The notes beneath the pieces were generated by a model, which did no database searches, was not told where the DNA came from, and saw nothing but the letters and a program-made list of their open reading frames with translations. DNA of 64,000 nucleotides, taken from the human T2T-CHM13v2.0 reference genome, Homo sapiens. The stretch lies in the NCBI RefSeq assembly GCF_009914755.1, contig NC_060934.1. One strand, written 5' to 3'. Every line of letters starts with the position of its first letter. Within the stretch, counting starts at the first letter, position 1. Positions 16,049 through 31,140 of this stretch are shown here, one piece after another. The position numbers and the translations under genes are program-made.

Positions 16049-16616
16049 TGTAGGGGTCAAGGGAAAACTTCCCCTTTGCCCCCTGAAGTTTTGCTGAAAA
16101 GGCAACTGACAAAAGGCAGATTAATGAGAAAAGGCATCCAGATTTATTACTGCACACGGGGAAAATCACAGAGTGATTACTCCTTACCCCGATGGGGTAG
16201 AGAAGCTTATATACCATCCTGAGATTATAGAAAAAATGAAGGCTCAGAGGATGGCCAAAACCAGGTTATGGCAGGAAATCAGGTTACGCTGGTAAGACAG
16301 GTTATGGGAGGGAGGGAAGAGAAGGCCTGTGTAGCAAAGATGGTCTTGTTATATAGATGAAATGAAATTTTAGAGGTAAATGTTTCTTTCAGACCTTTAA
16401 ATGTGTCAAAGTCTCAGTTAATGTTTCCTAGATCCAGCAAGAGAAGGCCCTTAGAGAAAGCCTGGCTGTATCAATGTAGATTTTCTCTTCAAATGCAAAT
16501 GTACCCCACAAAAGGCAGATTTTTAGCTATTTTTGTATTTTCCAGCCCTTTTGAATAGCCATCTTGAACTATGTCAAAGAAATATATTTTGGGGTAAAAT
16601 ATTTTGGTTTCCTTAA
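16049..16616 (-). mobile_element. MER4-group ERV1 solo LTR (MER67-like) inside Tigger1
   Basis: About 570-bp insert splitting the Tigger1 sequence cttattgcc|gatatggag; reverse strand starts aaggaaaccaaaatattttaccccaaaatatatttctttgacata. Confidence 0.7.
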
Positions 16617-18164
16617 CAGATATGGAGAAGGTTTGAGTGGTCTTGTCCAACCAGCTACAACATTGCCTTAAGCCAAAACACCTAATTCAGAGCAAAGCCC
16701 TAACTCCCTTCAATTCTATGAAGGTTGAGAGAGGTGAGAAAGCTGCAGAAGAAAAGTTGGAAGCTAGCAGAGGTTGGTTCAAGGGGTTTAAGGAAAAAAG
16801 CCATCTCCATAACATAAAAGTACAAGGTGATGCAGCAAGTGCTGATGTAGGAGCTGCAGCAAGTTACCCAGAAGATCTAGCTAAGATCATTGATGTAGGT
16901 GGCTACACTAACAACAGATTTTCAGTGTAGAAGAAACAGCCTTCTATTGGAAGAAGATGCCACCTAGGATTTTCAGAGCTAAAGAAGAGAAGTCAATGCC
17001 TGGCTTCAAAGCTTCAAAGGACAGGCTAACTCTCCTGTTAGGAGCTAGTATAGCTGGTGACTTTAAGTTGAAGCCAGTGCTCATTGGCCATTCTGAAAAT
17101 CCTAGGGTCCTTAAGGATTATGCTGAATTTATTCTTCCTGTGCTCTATAAATGGAAAAACAAAGCCTGGATGATAGCACATCTGTTTACAGCGTGGTTTA
17201 CTGAATATTTTAAGCCCACTATTGAGACCGACTGCTCAAAAAAAGATTCATTTCAAAATATCACTGCTAATTGACAGTGCACCTAGTTACCCAAGAACTC
17301 TGAGGAAGATGTATAAGGAGATTAATTTGTTTTCATGCATAACACCATCCATTCTGCAGCCCACGGATCAAAGAGTAATTTCAACTTTCAGGTCTTATTG
17401 TTTAAGAAATACATTTTGTAAGGGTATAGCTGCTCTAGATGGTGATTCCTCAGATGAATGTGGGCAAAGTAAACTGAAAACCTTCTGGAAGGGATTCACC
17501 ATTCTGGATGCCATCAAGAACATTTGCAATTCGTGGGAAGAGGTTAAATATCAACACTAATGGGAGTTTGGAAGAAGTTGATTTCATCCTTCATGGATGA
17601 CTTTGAGGGGTTCAAGACTTCAGTAGAGGAAGTAACTGCAGACGTGGTGGAAATAGCAAGAGAACTAGAATTAGAAGTGGAGCCTGAAGAAGTAACTGAA
17701 TTGTTGCAATCTCATGATAGAATTTGAAAGGATGAGGAGTTGCTTCCTATGAATGAGCAAATAAATCGTTTTTTTGAGATAGAATCTACTCCTGGTGAAG
17801 ATTCTCTTGAAATGGCAACAAAGTATTCAGAATATTATGTAAGCTTAGTTGATAAAGCAGTGGCGGCCTGTGAGAGGATTGACTCCAATTTTGAAGGAAG
17901 TTCTACCATGCGTAAAATGCTATCAAACAGCATCTCATGCTACAGAGAAATCTTTCATGAAAGAAAGAGTCAATTGATATGACCAACTTCATTGTTGTCT
18001 TATTTTAATAAATTGCCACAGCCACCCCAGACTTTAGCAACCATCACCCTGATTTGTCAGCAGCTATTAACACAAGACTCTCCACCAGGAGAATGATTAC
18101 AACTCTCTGAAGGCTCAGAGGATCATTAACATTTTTAGCAAAAAGGTATTTTTAAATTAAGATA

Positions 18165-18450
18165 GGCTGGGCGCGGTGGCTCACCCTGTAATCCCAACAC
18201 TTTGGGAGGCCGATTGTTTCAGCCCAGGAGTTTGAGATCAGCCTTGGCAACATGGCGAAACCCTCTCCCTGCTAAAAATACAAAAAATTAGCTGGGCATA
18301 GTGGTGCACACCTGTAGTACCAGCTACTCAGGAGGCTGAGGTGGGAGGATCACCTGAGCCTGGGAAGTCGAGGCTGCAGTGAGCTGTGATTGTATCAGTG
18401 CACTCCAACCTGGGCTATAGGAGTGAGACCCTTTCTCAAAAAAAAAAAAA
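18165..18450 (+). mobile_element. Alu (Jb-like) inside Tigger1
   Basis: Dimer with A tail. Confidence 0.9.
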
Positions 18451-19489
18451 GTTTAGATAATATTACATTTTAAAGACATAATGCCATTGCACACTTCATA
18501 GACTACAGTATAGTGTAAACATAACTTTTAAAATGCACTGGGAAACCAAAAAATTTGTGTGACTCCGTTTATTACAATATTCACTTTATTGCAGTAGTCT
18601 AGAACTGAACCTGCAATGTTTCTCAGGTATGCCTGTATTTTTTTCATCATGCCTTACAATGCATGCTGGCAGATGGAACTCAGAATTTTAGAATTTCTTA
18701 GAAGCCAAGGAGAATGGTGGCATGACTTGTGTCTTTGACAATATTTTCAGTGATTCTATACCTTTAGGTTATTAGGGGGACTCGATAAACATTCCCAGGG
18801 AGCTAATGGTGAGAAATGAGCCTTGGATAACCAGAGAGAGAAAGCCACTCACCCTGCAGACATTTTGTGCAAAAGTGAGAGAGATTGATGAAGATTGTTG
18901 AAGATTGTCGCATGTACCAAACACACAAGTTTTATTGGCAAAATAATTCTTTTTGCTGTGTCCTTTTTTAGCACTCTGAAACCCACAAAAACACTTTAAC
19001 ACAGGTTTTTAGAACCCCACAGCTTCCAAAAGTAATTACTTCTGCGGGAATCCTGGGCCTTATTCTATTTCCATGTGGCACTGGGAGTGATATTTGCAAG
19101 GAAAATAGAGTCACTAGGAAATGGTCTGCCTTTGTTACAGAGCTTATCTCCAACGTCATTCTTGACCTTCCATTCAAGGCATCCAGCCCTCTCTTTGGCA
19201 TCACTAAGTATAGAACCGTGTGACATGCGCTCAAATGAAATCATCAGGAGGAGCAGGTGAAACTTGTAAAACTAATGCTTGCTGGGGCTTTGTTGCCTTT
19301 CGTCCATGGCTCCCAGAGATTTGTCAAGTAGTAATTATTTTTCACAATGCTCTTGGTGAGGAAAGTAAGAATCATTACTCCTGTTTTGCACTCTATATTT
19401 TCTTGTACAAACCAAGAGAACAGAATATGACTTCTCAATGAAAGATGGGAATGAGAGTTTATAGCCTTTAGCTCCACAATGAAAACCAT

Positions 19490-19660
19490 ATGGTTAGTTA
19501 TATCAACAGAATCACCTGAGGAGCTTTACAAATCACCCATGACTGGATCCCATCCTCACAGATTCTCATTTAATTGGCTTTGAGTCAGATCTGATTATTG
19601 AGGGGTGGGTAGTTAAAGCTCCCCGTGATTCTAATGGGCTGTGAAGGTTGAGAACTATTG
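19490..19660. mobile_element. MER5-type hAT MITE relic
   Basis: agaatcacctgaggagcttt...cagattctcatttaattgg...gtgattctaatg...gttgagaactattg. Confidence 0.6.
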
Positions 19661-19689
19661 AGTTAGATAATTGTTTGGAGCTATTTTCT

Positions 19690-20290
19690 TTAGGGCCCCA
19701 CCTGCATATATCCTGCAAGTACCTCAAACTCAACATGTTTAACCTCCCCCCAAGCCTGTTCCCCCTACTATGTCTCCTATCTTAGTGACAGCTTCACCAT
19801 CCAAATGGTGGCCTGTGACCAAAACCTGGATGCCATTCTTGCTTCTCTCTTCTCCCCTTGTCCATTCAGTCACCACGTCCTGCCAAATGTAGCTTTCAGT
19901 TATTGCTTGAATTCATTCACTCCTCTTCTATTCCATCTTGGGTCAGGACATTTCAATTCTTTCCTCTCTCTTGTCTTACTCCCCCATAATCTCCCACTCT
20001 TTAGCTAGAGTGAATTATTCAACTTTTCTTTGGAAACCCCTTTATTAAGATACAATTTACCGCAAAGCCTCTTGCCACCACCAGCCAACACACTCCCTCG
20101 TCCAGTCCTTCCAGAGCTGGTCATTCGATCATGCGCTCTCTGACTTTTGCACATACTCATCCTTCAACCTGGCACACTGTTTCTTCCACCTCTGCCTCCG
20201 GACCTTATTACCTCCTTTCAGAAGTCAGCACTGACTCCTATGACACATGAGCATAACTGAGTGCCCCTTCTTTGTCCTCCCAGAGTAATT
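19690..20290 (+). mobile_element. L2 fragments
   Basis: acctcaaactcaacatg...caccatcca...ccaaaacctgg motifs of the L2 3' region. Confidence 0.6.
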
Positions 20291-20569
20291 TGGACTTGCC
20301 CCTTTCATACCTGTGACAGGTGAAGCTGAAATGTCAATATGGGGGCCACTGATGAGAGGCAGTGGGTGCAGTGATGAGAAGAATCTGGTTTGCAGGAGTC
20401 TGAGATTTGGGTCTTGGCTTTGGTAAGAAAGCTCTGTGCACTTGAACTCTGCCACTTCCCCTCTGTAAAACTGCCTTCTCTTCTGAAAATGAGGACATTA
20501 AATCTACATTACCTCCAGGTTCCTTAAAGCCCCAGATTCTGTGACTATGACTGATAGCACAGAAATGAA

Positions 20570-20577
<8 letters not shown>

Positions 20578-20615
<38 letters not shown>
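20578..20615. repeat. (TA)n microsatellite
   Basis: Read directly. Confidence 0.95.
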
Positions 20616-20622
<7 letters not shown>

Positions 20623-21546
20623 TCTCCTCTTGTAGGCATTAGTTTTTCTTCTCTTTGATTCTGTTCTCTGCACCCTTTCATCATGACCTTATCTTGCTGA
20701 ATCCACCATTTCCTTCCTTCTTTCTGGTTTCTTTCCCTTCTCTCTGCTCCCTTTTTGCATTCTTTTTCACCTTCCCACCCTCAGCTGCTCCTCCCTTTCC
20801 AATTAGTGCATTCCCTCATCTCCAGATTGTTTCTTTTGAGTCTTCCTCTCCTTGGCCTCTTTGAGCCTATTTATCATAGCTTTCTTAGTCTTTACGCTAG
20901 TGGTTGAGCTTATCCTCTCCTTTATGCATTCTTGTGTGTAATTTTGAGCCCAATTCCCTATTTGCTACTTCACTGGGCTCCTGAAGCCTGCTCCCCATTC
21001 CTTTTGGCGCATCTAGTTCTGCAAATCCTCTAGCTGTGGCCCCCCTGCTGTCTTTGGCAGGAAGCTTGGAAGGGGGTGGGGACTTCTAGGCCACAAAGCC
21101 CTGGGAAATTAAGCAGAGCCTCTGGATCTCCCTTCCTGACAGCTGGACACAGTTCTGGCGATAATTGGACCACCTTAGGGATAGAGATGCCCCTTGTCCC
21201 TCCCCATCCCAGAAATGCCAAACACATAGTTTTAACATCTCTCTTCAAACAGACAGGTTTTTAGGCTGGATGGTGGATGAATTCGGTTTGATGCCCCCTT
21301 CACCAATAGATAGAGCAATATACGGTGGACCCCTAGTGTCCAGAATAAATTACTGCATCCTCAGGGGTTTGGAGGTCAGTTCTCAAAATTGTGCTGTGTC
21401 CAACTCTAAGCAATGAGGAGAAAGTAGATGTATAGGTATGGATATTTGAAAATGTTCTTGTTGAATTATCTGACTGAGCACAGAGTTTAGAAAAGAGGCC
21501 ATGAAAACACAACCGAAAACCTTGCATAATTGCCTTCTGTCTACCG

Positions 21547-21757
21547 CAGGGTTTCTCAGCCTCAGCACTGTTGACATATTGGACTAGATAATTCTTCACT
21601 GAGAGGGCAGTTCTGTGCAATGTAGGATATTTAGTAGCATCCCTAGCCTCTGTTCACCAGATGCCAATAGCACTTCAGTCATCACAATCAAAATTATCTT
21701 CAGATATTGTCAAATGTCACCAGGAGTGACTAAATCAGCCTCTGTTTAGAGCCACTG
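21547..21757 (-). mobile_element. MER20 (hAT-Charlie MITE)
   Basis: cagggtttctcagcctcagcactgttgacat...tgtaggatatttagtagcatccc...gccactg; about 210 bp with CAG...CTG ends. Confidence 0.85.
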
Positions 21758-22152
21758 CTCTATCCCAATCCCCCACTCCCTGAACCTCTCTGGAATGCAG
21801 GTCATGGTAAACCCCAATATCTGGCCATAATGGGGACTGTGAACCAGGTCCACCATCACTATCTTCGTGTCTTCCTACTAGGTGTTTCAAATCAGCTTTC
21901 TCTCACTCACTCTTGCCTCCCTCTTCTCTGCTAACATTTCAGGTAACCAAGTTGTATTTGGAAAGTGGTGAAAGGTACTTGGGGTTTGATTAGGGGGAGG
22001 ATTGTAAAACCATTACATGTTTGACTGAGGAATGAGATTGGCTGTAAGTATTTGTGTCAGTGACTAGGAGAGACACAGCTCTGTAATTGATTATACTTCA
22101 ATACCAGATGGAAAATATTTAAACTTATAGAAAAAAAACAAAGGTTGCCATG

Positions 22153-22473
<321 letters not shown>

Positions 22474-22509
22474 ATGTTTTTCTTTTTCATTAGTTTCACC
22501 ATTCTTCAA

Positions 22510-23130
22510 CCCTGGCTTACCCCTAACATTTGTGGGGCCCAGAGCAAGAATACAAATGGAGAGCCATACATCATATTTAAAAGTTACATGTGTAACTAAC
22601 AAACTGCTAAATAAAATGTGTTTGATCCTTCTACTTTGACAACTATGCCTTAATCACAAACTGGAAAGCCAGGTTCAAATATAGACTTCTGGGTTCTGCA
22701 TCAGAATATGGTAGTGTGTGGAGAGTTGGCCCTTGGCCTTTCACCAACTCTCCCTTCTCCTTCTATGCTTGGCCTCTTCCTATGCTATGTGGGTCCTCTG
22801 GATTGATTTGTGGGCACCCCAGGCTGCATGGCTGAGCTCTCTCCACAACCTCTGCAGACCCTCCCTGCTTGGCCCGCCCTCAGAAGTAGGGCTGCTCTGA
22901 GTGTGTGGTCCACCCTGGAAAGACAGGTTGGGAGATGAAGCTCTCCCAGGCCTAGCAGCAAGCTCAGAGTTGATTGGGCAGGAAATTCTAGAGTTCTGGG
23001 TACCCTGATTATGATCAAAAGAGTAGGTGATGACTCTGGGTGGGTCTTCCCACCAAGGGTCTCCTTGCCTTTATGAGATAGACACAACCAAAGGGGGCCA
23101 GAGTTGGGCCATCTAATGTGTGGGACACTA
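22510..23130. mobile_element. Old hAT-Tip100-type DNA transposon relic (MER115-like)
   Basis: ggggcccagagcaagaatacaaatggag...aacaaactgctaaataaaat resembles this family as I remember it. Confidence 0.4.
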
Positions 23131-23447
23131 TGAAGATGGTTCTTCTGCAGGTCTCCAGGTGCTCTTCACACCCACCCTTTCCTGAAGTCACATTTTCAGC
23201 TGAGACTGGGAATAGAAAAGTGATTGCTTCTAACCTCAGTGAAATAAATCCTCAGTGAGTTAAAAAACGGTGGTTCCTCTAAAAAAAAAAATTAAGGTAA
23301 AAAACAGAACATAAAAATTATCATCTTAACCTTCTTGTAAGTGTGCAACTCAGTAATGTTAAGCATATTCACATTGTTGTGAACCAAATCTCCAGAACTT
23401 TGTCATCTTGCAAAATGGAAACTCTACACCCATTAAACAACTCCCGC

Positions 23448-23732
23448 GGTCAGGCATGGTGGCTCACGCTTGTAATCCCAACACTTTGGAAGGCCGAAGT
23501 TGGAGGATTGCTTGAGCCCAGGAGTTGAGACCTATCTGGTTATCATAGTGAGAACCTGTCTCTACAAAAAAAAAATTTTAAAATTAGCCAGGTGTGGTGG
23601 CATGCTTGTAGTCCCAGCTACTTGGGAGGTTGAGGTGGGAGAACTGCATAAGCCCCGGAGGTAGAGGCTGCAGTGAGCTACTGCATGCCAGCCTGGTGAC
23701 AGAGTGAGACCTGCCTCAAACAAAAACAAAAA
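23448..23732 (+). mobile_element. Alu (J-like) inside L1
   Basis: TSD aaacaactccc. Confidence 0.9.
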
Positions 23733-24300
23733 CAACTCCCCTCTTCTTCTTTCCTCCAGCTCCTGGTAACTACCATCCTTCCTCCAGCCCGTGGTAACTA
23801 CCATTGCACTCTCTGTTTCTATGAATTCGACTAGAATTCATAGAAATTTAGATACCTCATATAAGTGGAATCATGTAATATTTGCTTTTTTGTGACTGGC
23901 TTATTTCACTTAGCCTAATGTCCTCAAGGTTCAGCCATGTTATAGCATGTGACAGGATTTCCTTCCTTTTAAAGGATGAATGATCTTCCCTTGTATGTGT
24001 ATACCACATTTTATTTACCCATTCATCCATCTATGCACATTTGGGTTGCTTCCACCTCTTGGCTATTTGAATAGTGCTGCTGTGAACATGAGGATACAAA
24101 TATTTCTTCAAGACTCTTTCATTTCCTTTGAATATACACCCATAAGTAGGATTGCTGGATCATATGGTAGTTCCATTTTTAATTCACTGAGGAACCTCCA
24201 TACTGTTTTCCATAGTGGTTGCACCTTTTACAATCCCACTAACAGTGTACAAGGGTTCCAATTTTTATTTTTCTACATCCTCACCAACACCAACACTTGT

Positions 24301-24610
24301 TTTTTTTCTTTTCTGTGTGTGTGTATGTGTGTGTGTGTGTGTGTGTGTCTCTGTCACCCAGGCTGAAGTGCAGTGACGCAATCATGGCTCACTGCAGCCT
24401 CAACCTTCCCAGGCTCAGGTGATCCTCCCACCTCAGCCTGCTGAGTAGCTGGGACTACAGGCATGCACCACCATGCCAGATTAATTTTTATATTTTATGA
24501 AGAGATGGGGTTTTACCATGTTGCCCAGGCTGGTCTCAAACTCTGGGCTTAAGCAATCCACCCAACTTGGCTCATGCTGGGATTACAGGCGTGAGCCACT
24601 GTGCCCAGCC
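24301..24610 (-). mobile_element. Alu (J-like) with (TG)n at its tail end (24314-24348)
   Basis: Antisense Alu body after a (TG)n run. Confidence 0.88.
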
Positions 24611-25486
24611 ATTTTCTGTTTTTTAATAGTGGCCATCCTAATGGATGGGAGATGATATCTCATTGTAGTTTTGATTTGCATTTCTCATAATTAATGATGC
24701 TGAGCATCTTACATGCTTTTGGCCATTTGTAGATCATCTCAAGTTATGTCTATTCAAGTCCTTTGCCTATTTCTTAATTGGGTTAATTTTTTTGTCATTG
24801 AGTTGTAGGAGTTTTTATATATTCTGGATATTAACCCCTTATCAGAAAATATGATTTTCAAATATTTTCTCTTTCTATAGGTTGCTTTTTCACTGTTGTG
24901 TTCTTTGATGCACATATGTTTGAAGTAGTTGCAATTTTTTTTGCTTTTGTTGCCCATGTTTTAGATGTCATGTCTAATAAATCATTTCCAACTCCAATAT
25001 CATAAAGCTTTTTCCCTTATATTTTTTGTAAGAGTTTAATAGTTTTATGTCTTACTTTTAGGTGTTTCATCCATTTTGAGTTAAATTTTGTATGTGGTGT
25101 AAGATAAGGGTCCAACTTCATTCCTTTGCATGTGGATATCCAGTTTTCCCAACATTATTTGTTGAAGAGACTGTCCTTTCCCCCATTGAGTGGTCCTGGT
25201 ACCCTTGTCAAAGATTATTTTTAAAAATAGGGTTTTAGCTAATAGTCTATGTTTAGCCTTAGATGTGAATTTGGCTACATTTTGCTGCGCTTTGGAGATT
25301 TCCTTTTGTTTTAAAATCAGATATAATTGAAGAAGGCTGCTTCTTTTGAGAATTTCCATAGAAATTGTGCCCAACAATAATTAACTGGAAGAAAACAAGT
25401 TGTCCGATTTTTCCCCCAGGGTCTCTAATTTAGGTCTTCATTGGAAATAGTCTAAGATACATCAGACTGTATTAGGAATGTACTAG

Positions 25487-27012
25487 CAGCAGTTCTCAAG
25501 TATGGCTTACAAAACTGAGGGTCCCCAAGACCTTTCTAGAGAATCCCCAAGTTCAAAACTGTGTTCATAATACTAAGACATTCTTTGCCTTTTTCTCTGT
25601 GTTGACATTTGAATTGCTGGTACAAAAGCAGTAGTGGTTAAAACTGCTGTAACTTTAGACTCGAGACAATGACAACTATGTCCATAGTCACTGCACTATT
25701 CATCATCATGCACTTGCAGTAAAAGCAATGCTAGCTTCACCTAAGAGTGTTCTTGATGAAGCTGTAAAAGCGATTATTAAATCTTGGCCCTTGAGTCCCC
25801 GTCTTTTTAGTATTCCATTACAAAAGAGGAAGTACACATTAAAGTACTTCTGCTACATATACCAATGTACAATGGTTGTCTTAAGGAAAAGTACTTGCAC
25901 AGTGGTTTGTGCTACAAGCAATACTAGCCACTATTTTTTTTCATGGATCACCATGTCTACTTGAAAGCATGAGTGATAAACTATGGTTATTCAGATATGA
26001 CTATTCGGCAGATATTTTTCAAAATGGACAAAGGGAACCTGATAATTCAAGGAAAACAGCTGAGAGTATTCATTGCCAATGATAAATCTTAAGGTTTCAA
26101 GCAAAATATTTTTGGAAAATTTTTATTCACCACCATAAGCTTGGCAGATTCCCAGTACTTAGAAAACTTTTTGATGAGACTAGTAGTGATATTAACACAT
26201 GTGTGATGAGACTAGTAGTGATATTAACACATGTGTGTGTTTAAAAATCCTGTAATGAAATATGTCAACACTTGGAAGACTTACAAACTCAGTGAACTAG
26301 TAGTTTCTAATTGGCCAATATACAATATTGCAAAATCATTCATGGGTAAATGATTCATCCAAAGCACAGTGAACTAATAGTTTCTAATTGGCCAATATGT
26401 AATATTGCAAAATCATTCATGGGTAAATGATTCATCCAAAGCACAATGGATTTTTAATGTAACAGAGTATGAGAAGTGCATTAATATGGCTGCCCATTCC
26501 ACAGTCCAACTTAAACCTTTAAGAAACTGACACTTGTTGAGTTTTGGTGTAGTATCAGATAAGAATATCCATAATTGTGCAAAAAGGCTATCCAAATCCT
26601 CTTCTCTTTTCCAGCTACCTACCTATAGTTGGACTTCCTTTTTATACTTCAGCCAAAACAATGTATTACTACAGATTAAATGTAGACATAGATATGAGAA
26701 TCCAGCTGTCTTCTATTAAGTCAGATATTAAAAAGATTGCAAATATGTAAAACAATACCATACTTCCCTACATTTGGGGAGGAAAATGCTTATTTTTCAC
26801 TAAAAATGTTATATATGTTAACAGGCAATAGGTTTATTAATGTTAGCTTTAGATGGATTGATAAACATTTTTAAAGGTTCTCAGTTTAAATTTCTAATAT
26901 GAAAAGTAATGATAGCTATAACCCACAAAAATGAAAGCTCATGGTGGGGGGTACTCAATAATTTTTTAAGAGCATAACGGGTTCTAGAGACCAAAAAGTT
27001 TGAGAAATACTG
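25487..27012. mobile_element. Charlie1-family hAT DNA transposon (Charlie1a-like) with two internal tandem duplications
   Basis: Ends cagcagttctcaa ... tttgagaaatactg; internal motifs ctatggttattcaga and atgagaatccagctgtcttctattaag. Confidence 0.8.
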
Positions 27013-27142
27013 TGCCAGAAATACTAAAGAACTGAAGGCAGTTCTTTAACTGTAACCCGAGATTGGTCTAAAAGGAGAAAACTTTTCAGATAAAATAGAA
27101 ATCACAATTAATCATTAGCAATCATAACAATGTTCTTTCTAG

Positions 27143-27283
<141 letters not shown>

Positions 27284-27297
27284 TAAACTGTTCTTAG

Positions 27298-27602
<305 letters not shown>

Positions 27603-27652
27603 CCTAGTACATTTATTAATATTCCCTTACCACCCTCTGATTAAAGAATTAA

Positions 27653-27967
<315 letters not shown>

Positions 27968-28871
27968 TTCAGCATTTTTATAGTTAAAAATAACCTGAAA
28001 ACATCTTCTATTGGTATGTCTATAATATGGAAACAGTTTTATAAAGTTGTACTATATATTAGAACCATATATTAGAACGCTATTCAACAGTTTAAAATAT
28101 TCACTGATAGAGATAGCTGAAGTGTATTTATGAAGTGAAAAAGCAAATTGCAGAACAATATGTAGAGCATAATCATGTTCTGGAAAACAAAATAAAATAT
28201 CATCATAATTCTAAAATCCCTAACCTACTTCTGTGCATAGTGGCAGAAAAGTCTCTGGCAGCACATGCCCCAAACTGCAGATTACAGTGGCTACCTCTTG
28301 GGGATGGAGTTTGGACTAAGAGATTTTTACTCTTTATTGTATACATTTTGAAAAAGAGGGAGAAAAAGTAATAATAGGATTGGTGATTTTTATATTCTAT
28401 TTTGGGCTTTTCTGTATTTCTCAAGTTTTTCATTATAATATTGAAAGTATTCATTTTCAATACTATAGACATAAAAATTATTTCATTATCAGAAAAAAAA
28501 ATTAAGGCTCTCAGGAGTCCACCACTAAGTGGAGTAGTTTTGGAGATTTCTTTAAAGCGAAAGCAAAATTTTTTTATATCTTTAGATTGTTGCCCCTTGC
28601 ACAGGCCCCAGAAAACATTTGTTACAATTATTCACCTCCCTCTAGGCTTCCTGGTACAAGAGGACTAATTAACACTGGCCCTGCCTGAGCCTTGGTGTAC
28701 AGGAAAGGTCCTGGCAACAAATCTTTTCATTCCTGAGTTAGGCTGTCCCTAAGCAGCTTCCTGCCTCTGCATCTCATCCCTGTCTCAGCTATCTGGTGTT
28801 GGTTAGTGCTGGATTAACACCTCTAAAGACCCAGGTGTATTCTCCAGCTGATTATCAGAAGCCAGTGGATA

Positions 28872-29166
28872 GGCTGGGTGCAGTGGCTTACGCCTGTAAT
28901 CCCAACACTTTGGGAGGCTGAGGCAGGCGGATCACTTGAGGTCAGGGGTTCGAGACCAGCCTGGCCAACATGGTGAAACCCTGAGTCTACTAAAAATACA
29001 AAAATTAGCCGGGTGTGGTGGCACACGCCTGTAATCCCAGCTACTCAGGAGGCTGAGGCAGGAGAATCGCTTGAATCCTGGAGGCGGAGGTTGCAGTGAC
29101 CTGAGATCGCTGACTGCACTCCAGCCTGGGCAACAGAGTGAGACTCTTTCAAAAAAAAAAAAAAAA
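28872..29166 (+). mobile_element. Alu (S-like)
   Basis: TSD aagccagtggata. Confidence 0.94.
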
Positions 29167-29252
29167 GCCAGTGGATAATGAATGCACAGAACAATAAACA
29201 TAGCTGTGTCCTTTCTGTTCTTGTGGAGAAATGACACCATGTGTTTCTGTGA

Positions 29253-29606
<354 letters not shown>

Positions 29607-29730
29607 TAGAAGAGTAAATGAGTCTCTGGGATCCTTTCTGTTTCCTCATGAGCAGATTCTGGAATGTTCTGGTGTCTCTTCTTTATCTAGCTTAATTATG
29701 TTTCCACTTAGTATTTGAAAAGTGCTAGAA

Positions 29731-30167
<437 letters not shown>

Positions 30168-30909
30168 TTACTCTCCATGCCCTGTGAGCTTCATTAGGAA
30201 AGGATATCTTTAAAAGATAAATGTCACCCTTTTATCATAACACAGTGAGCTTATCAAACAGAGATTTTCTTTGTCCCACTGCACCACCAGTGTAGTGGAT
30301 TTGAACGAGCTGGCTGCAAGTATGATGAATAGAAAGGGTCTCAACCCTTTGGAATGCCCCAAACTGAGTTTAATGAATTAATTCTCTTCAATCAGATAAA
30401 AGTTCCAGGCCCCTAGCTCTCCTTTCCATCCTTTGTATTGCTATCTGAGCTTTAAAGAGGGTAAGTGTTATGTTGAACTGAAATCAGCATTTGTGTGTGA
30501 AAGGTAATTAGCTCATTAATGGCAGTCAGATAATGAGATACTAGAGTTGGTAATTTCCTTTAAACTGCAATTTATTGTGAATAGGGAGGCACTGGAAAGT
30601 AAAATCCACATAGTTCTGTAGAATAGTAAGATTTGAGTGTTCTTGTCCGGCTAGCCTGTTTGGAGAAGAGATGAGGAAATACAACCTTGAGTTATGAGGG
30701 AGGAATCTTATCTTTAGAGCTCCTATCCTACCTAATATAACAAAGCATGAAGAGTGCACGGAGTCTTAGAACCTCAGTGATTTTCTTGCAATTCTTAGTT
30801 GACTCACATTGCTGAATTACTTTTAAAGTAGAATAAAGGTGTCTCCATAAACCATGACCTACAGATTTGACCCACAATGACCAGCATGTCCCTTATGGAC
30901 ATTTTCTAG

Positions 30910-31140
<231 letters not shown>

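Larger units (their letters stand above)
23290..25215 (-). mobile_element. L1MB-type 3' portion interrupted by two Alus
   Basis: cctcatataagtggaatcat, tgtgactggcttatttcacttagc, gattgctggatcatatggtagttc; ORF 25081-25377(-) includes L1 ORF2-like IFDKG..TQWGK. Confidence 0.88.

Noticed and set aside
16637-17982. Transposase-like ORFs as a possible domesticated TIGD-type gene
   Set aside because: Several frameshifts and stops, two insertions in the N-terminal coding region and an altered catalytic residue; a decayed Tigger1
23980-25377. ORFs 23980-24366, 24754-24957 and 25081-25377
   Set aside because: Decayed L1 ORF2 and 3' UTR sequence
26172-26443. Direct repeats as a CRISPR-like array
   Set aside because: Only two adjacent copies each, no spacers, mammalian DNA; simple tandem duplications
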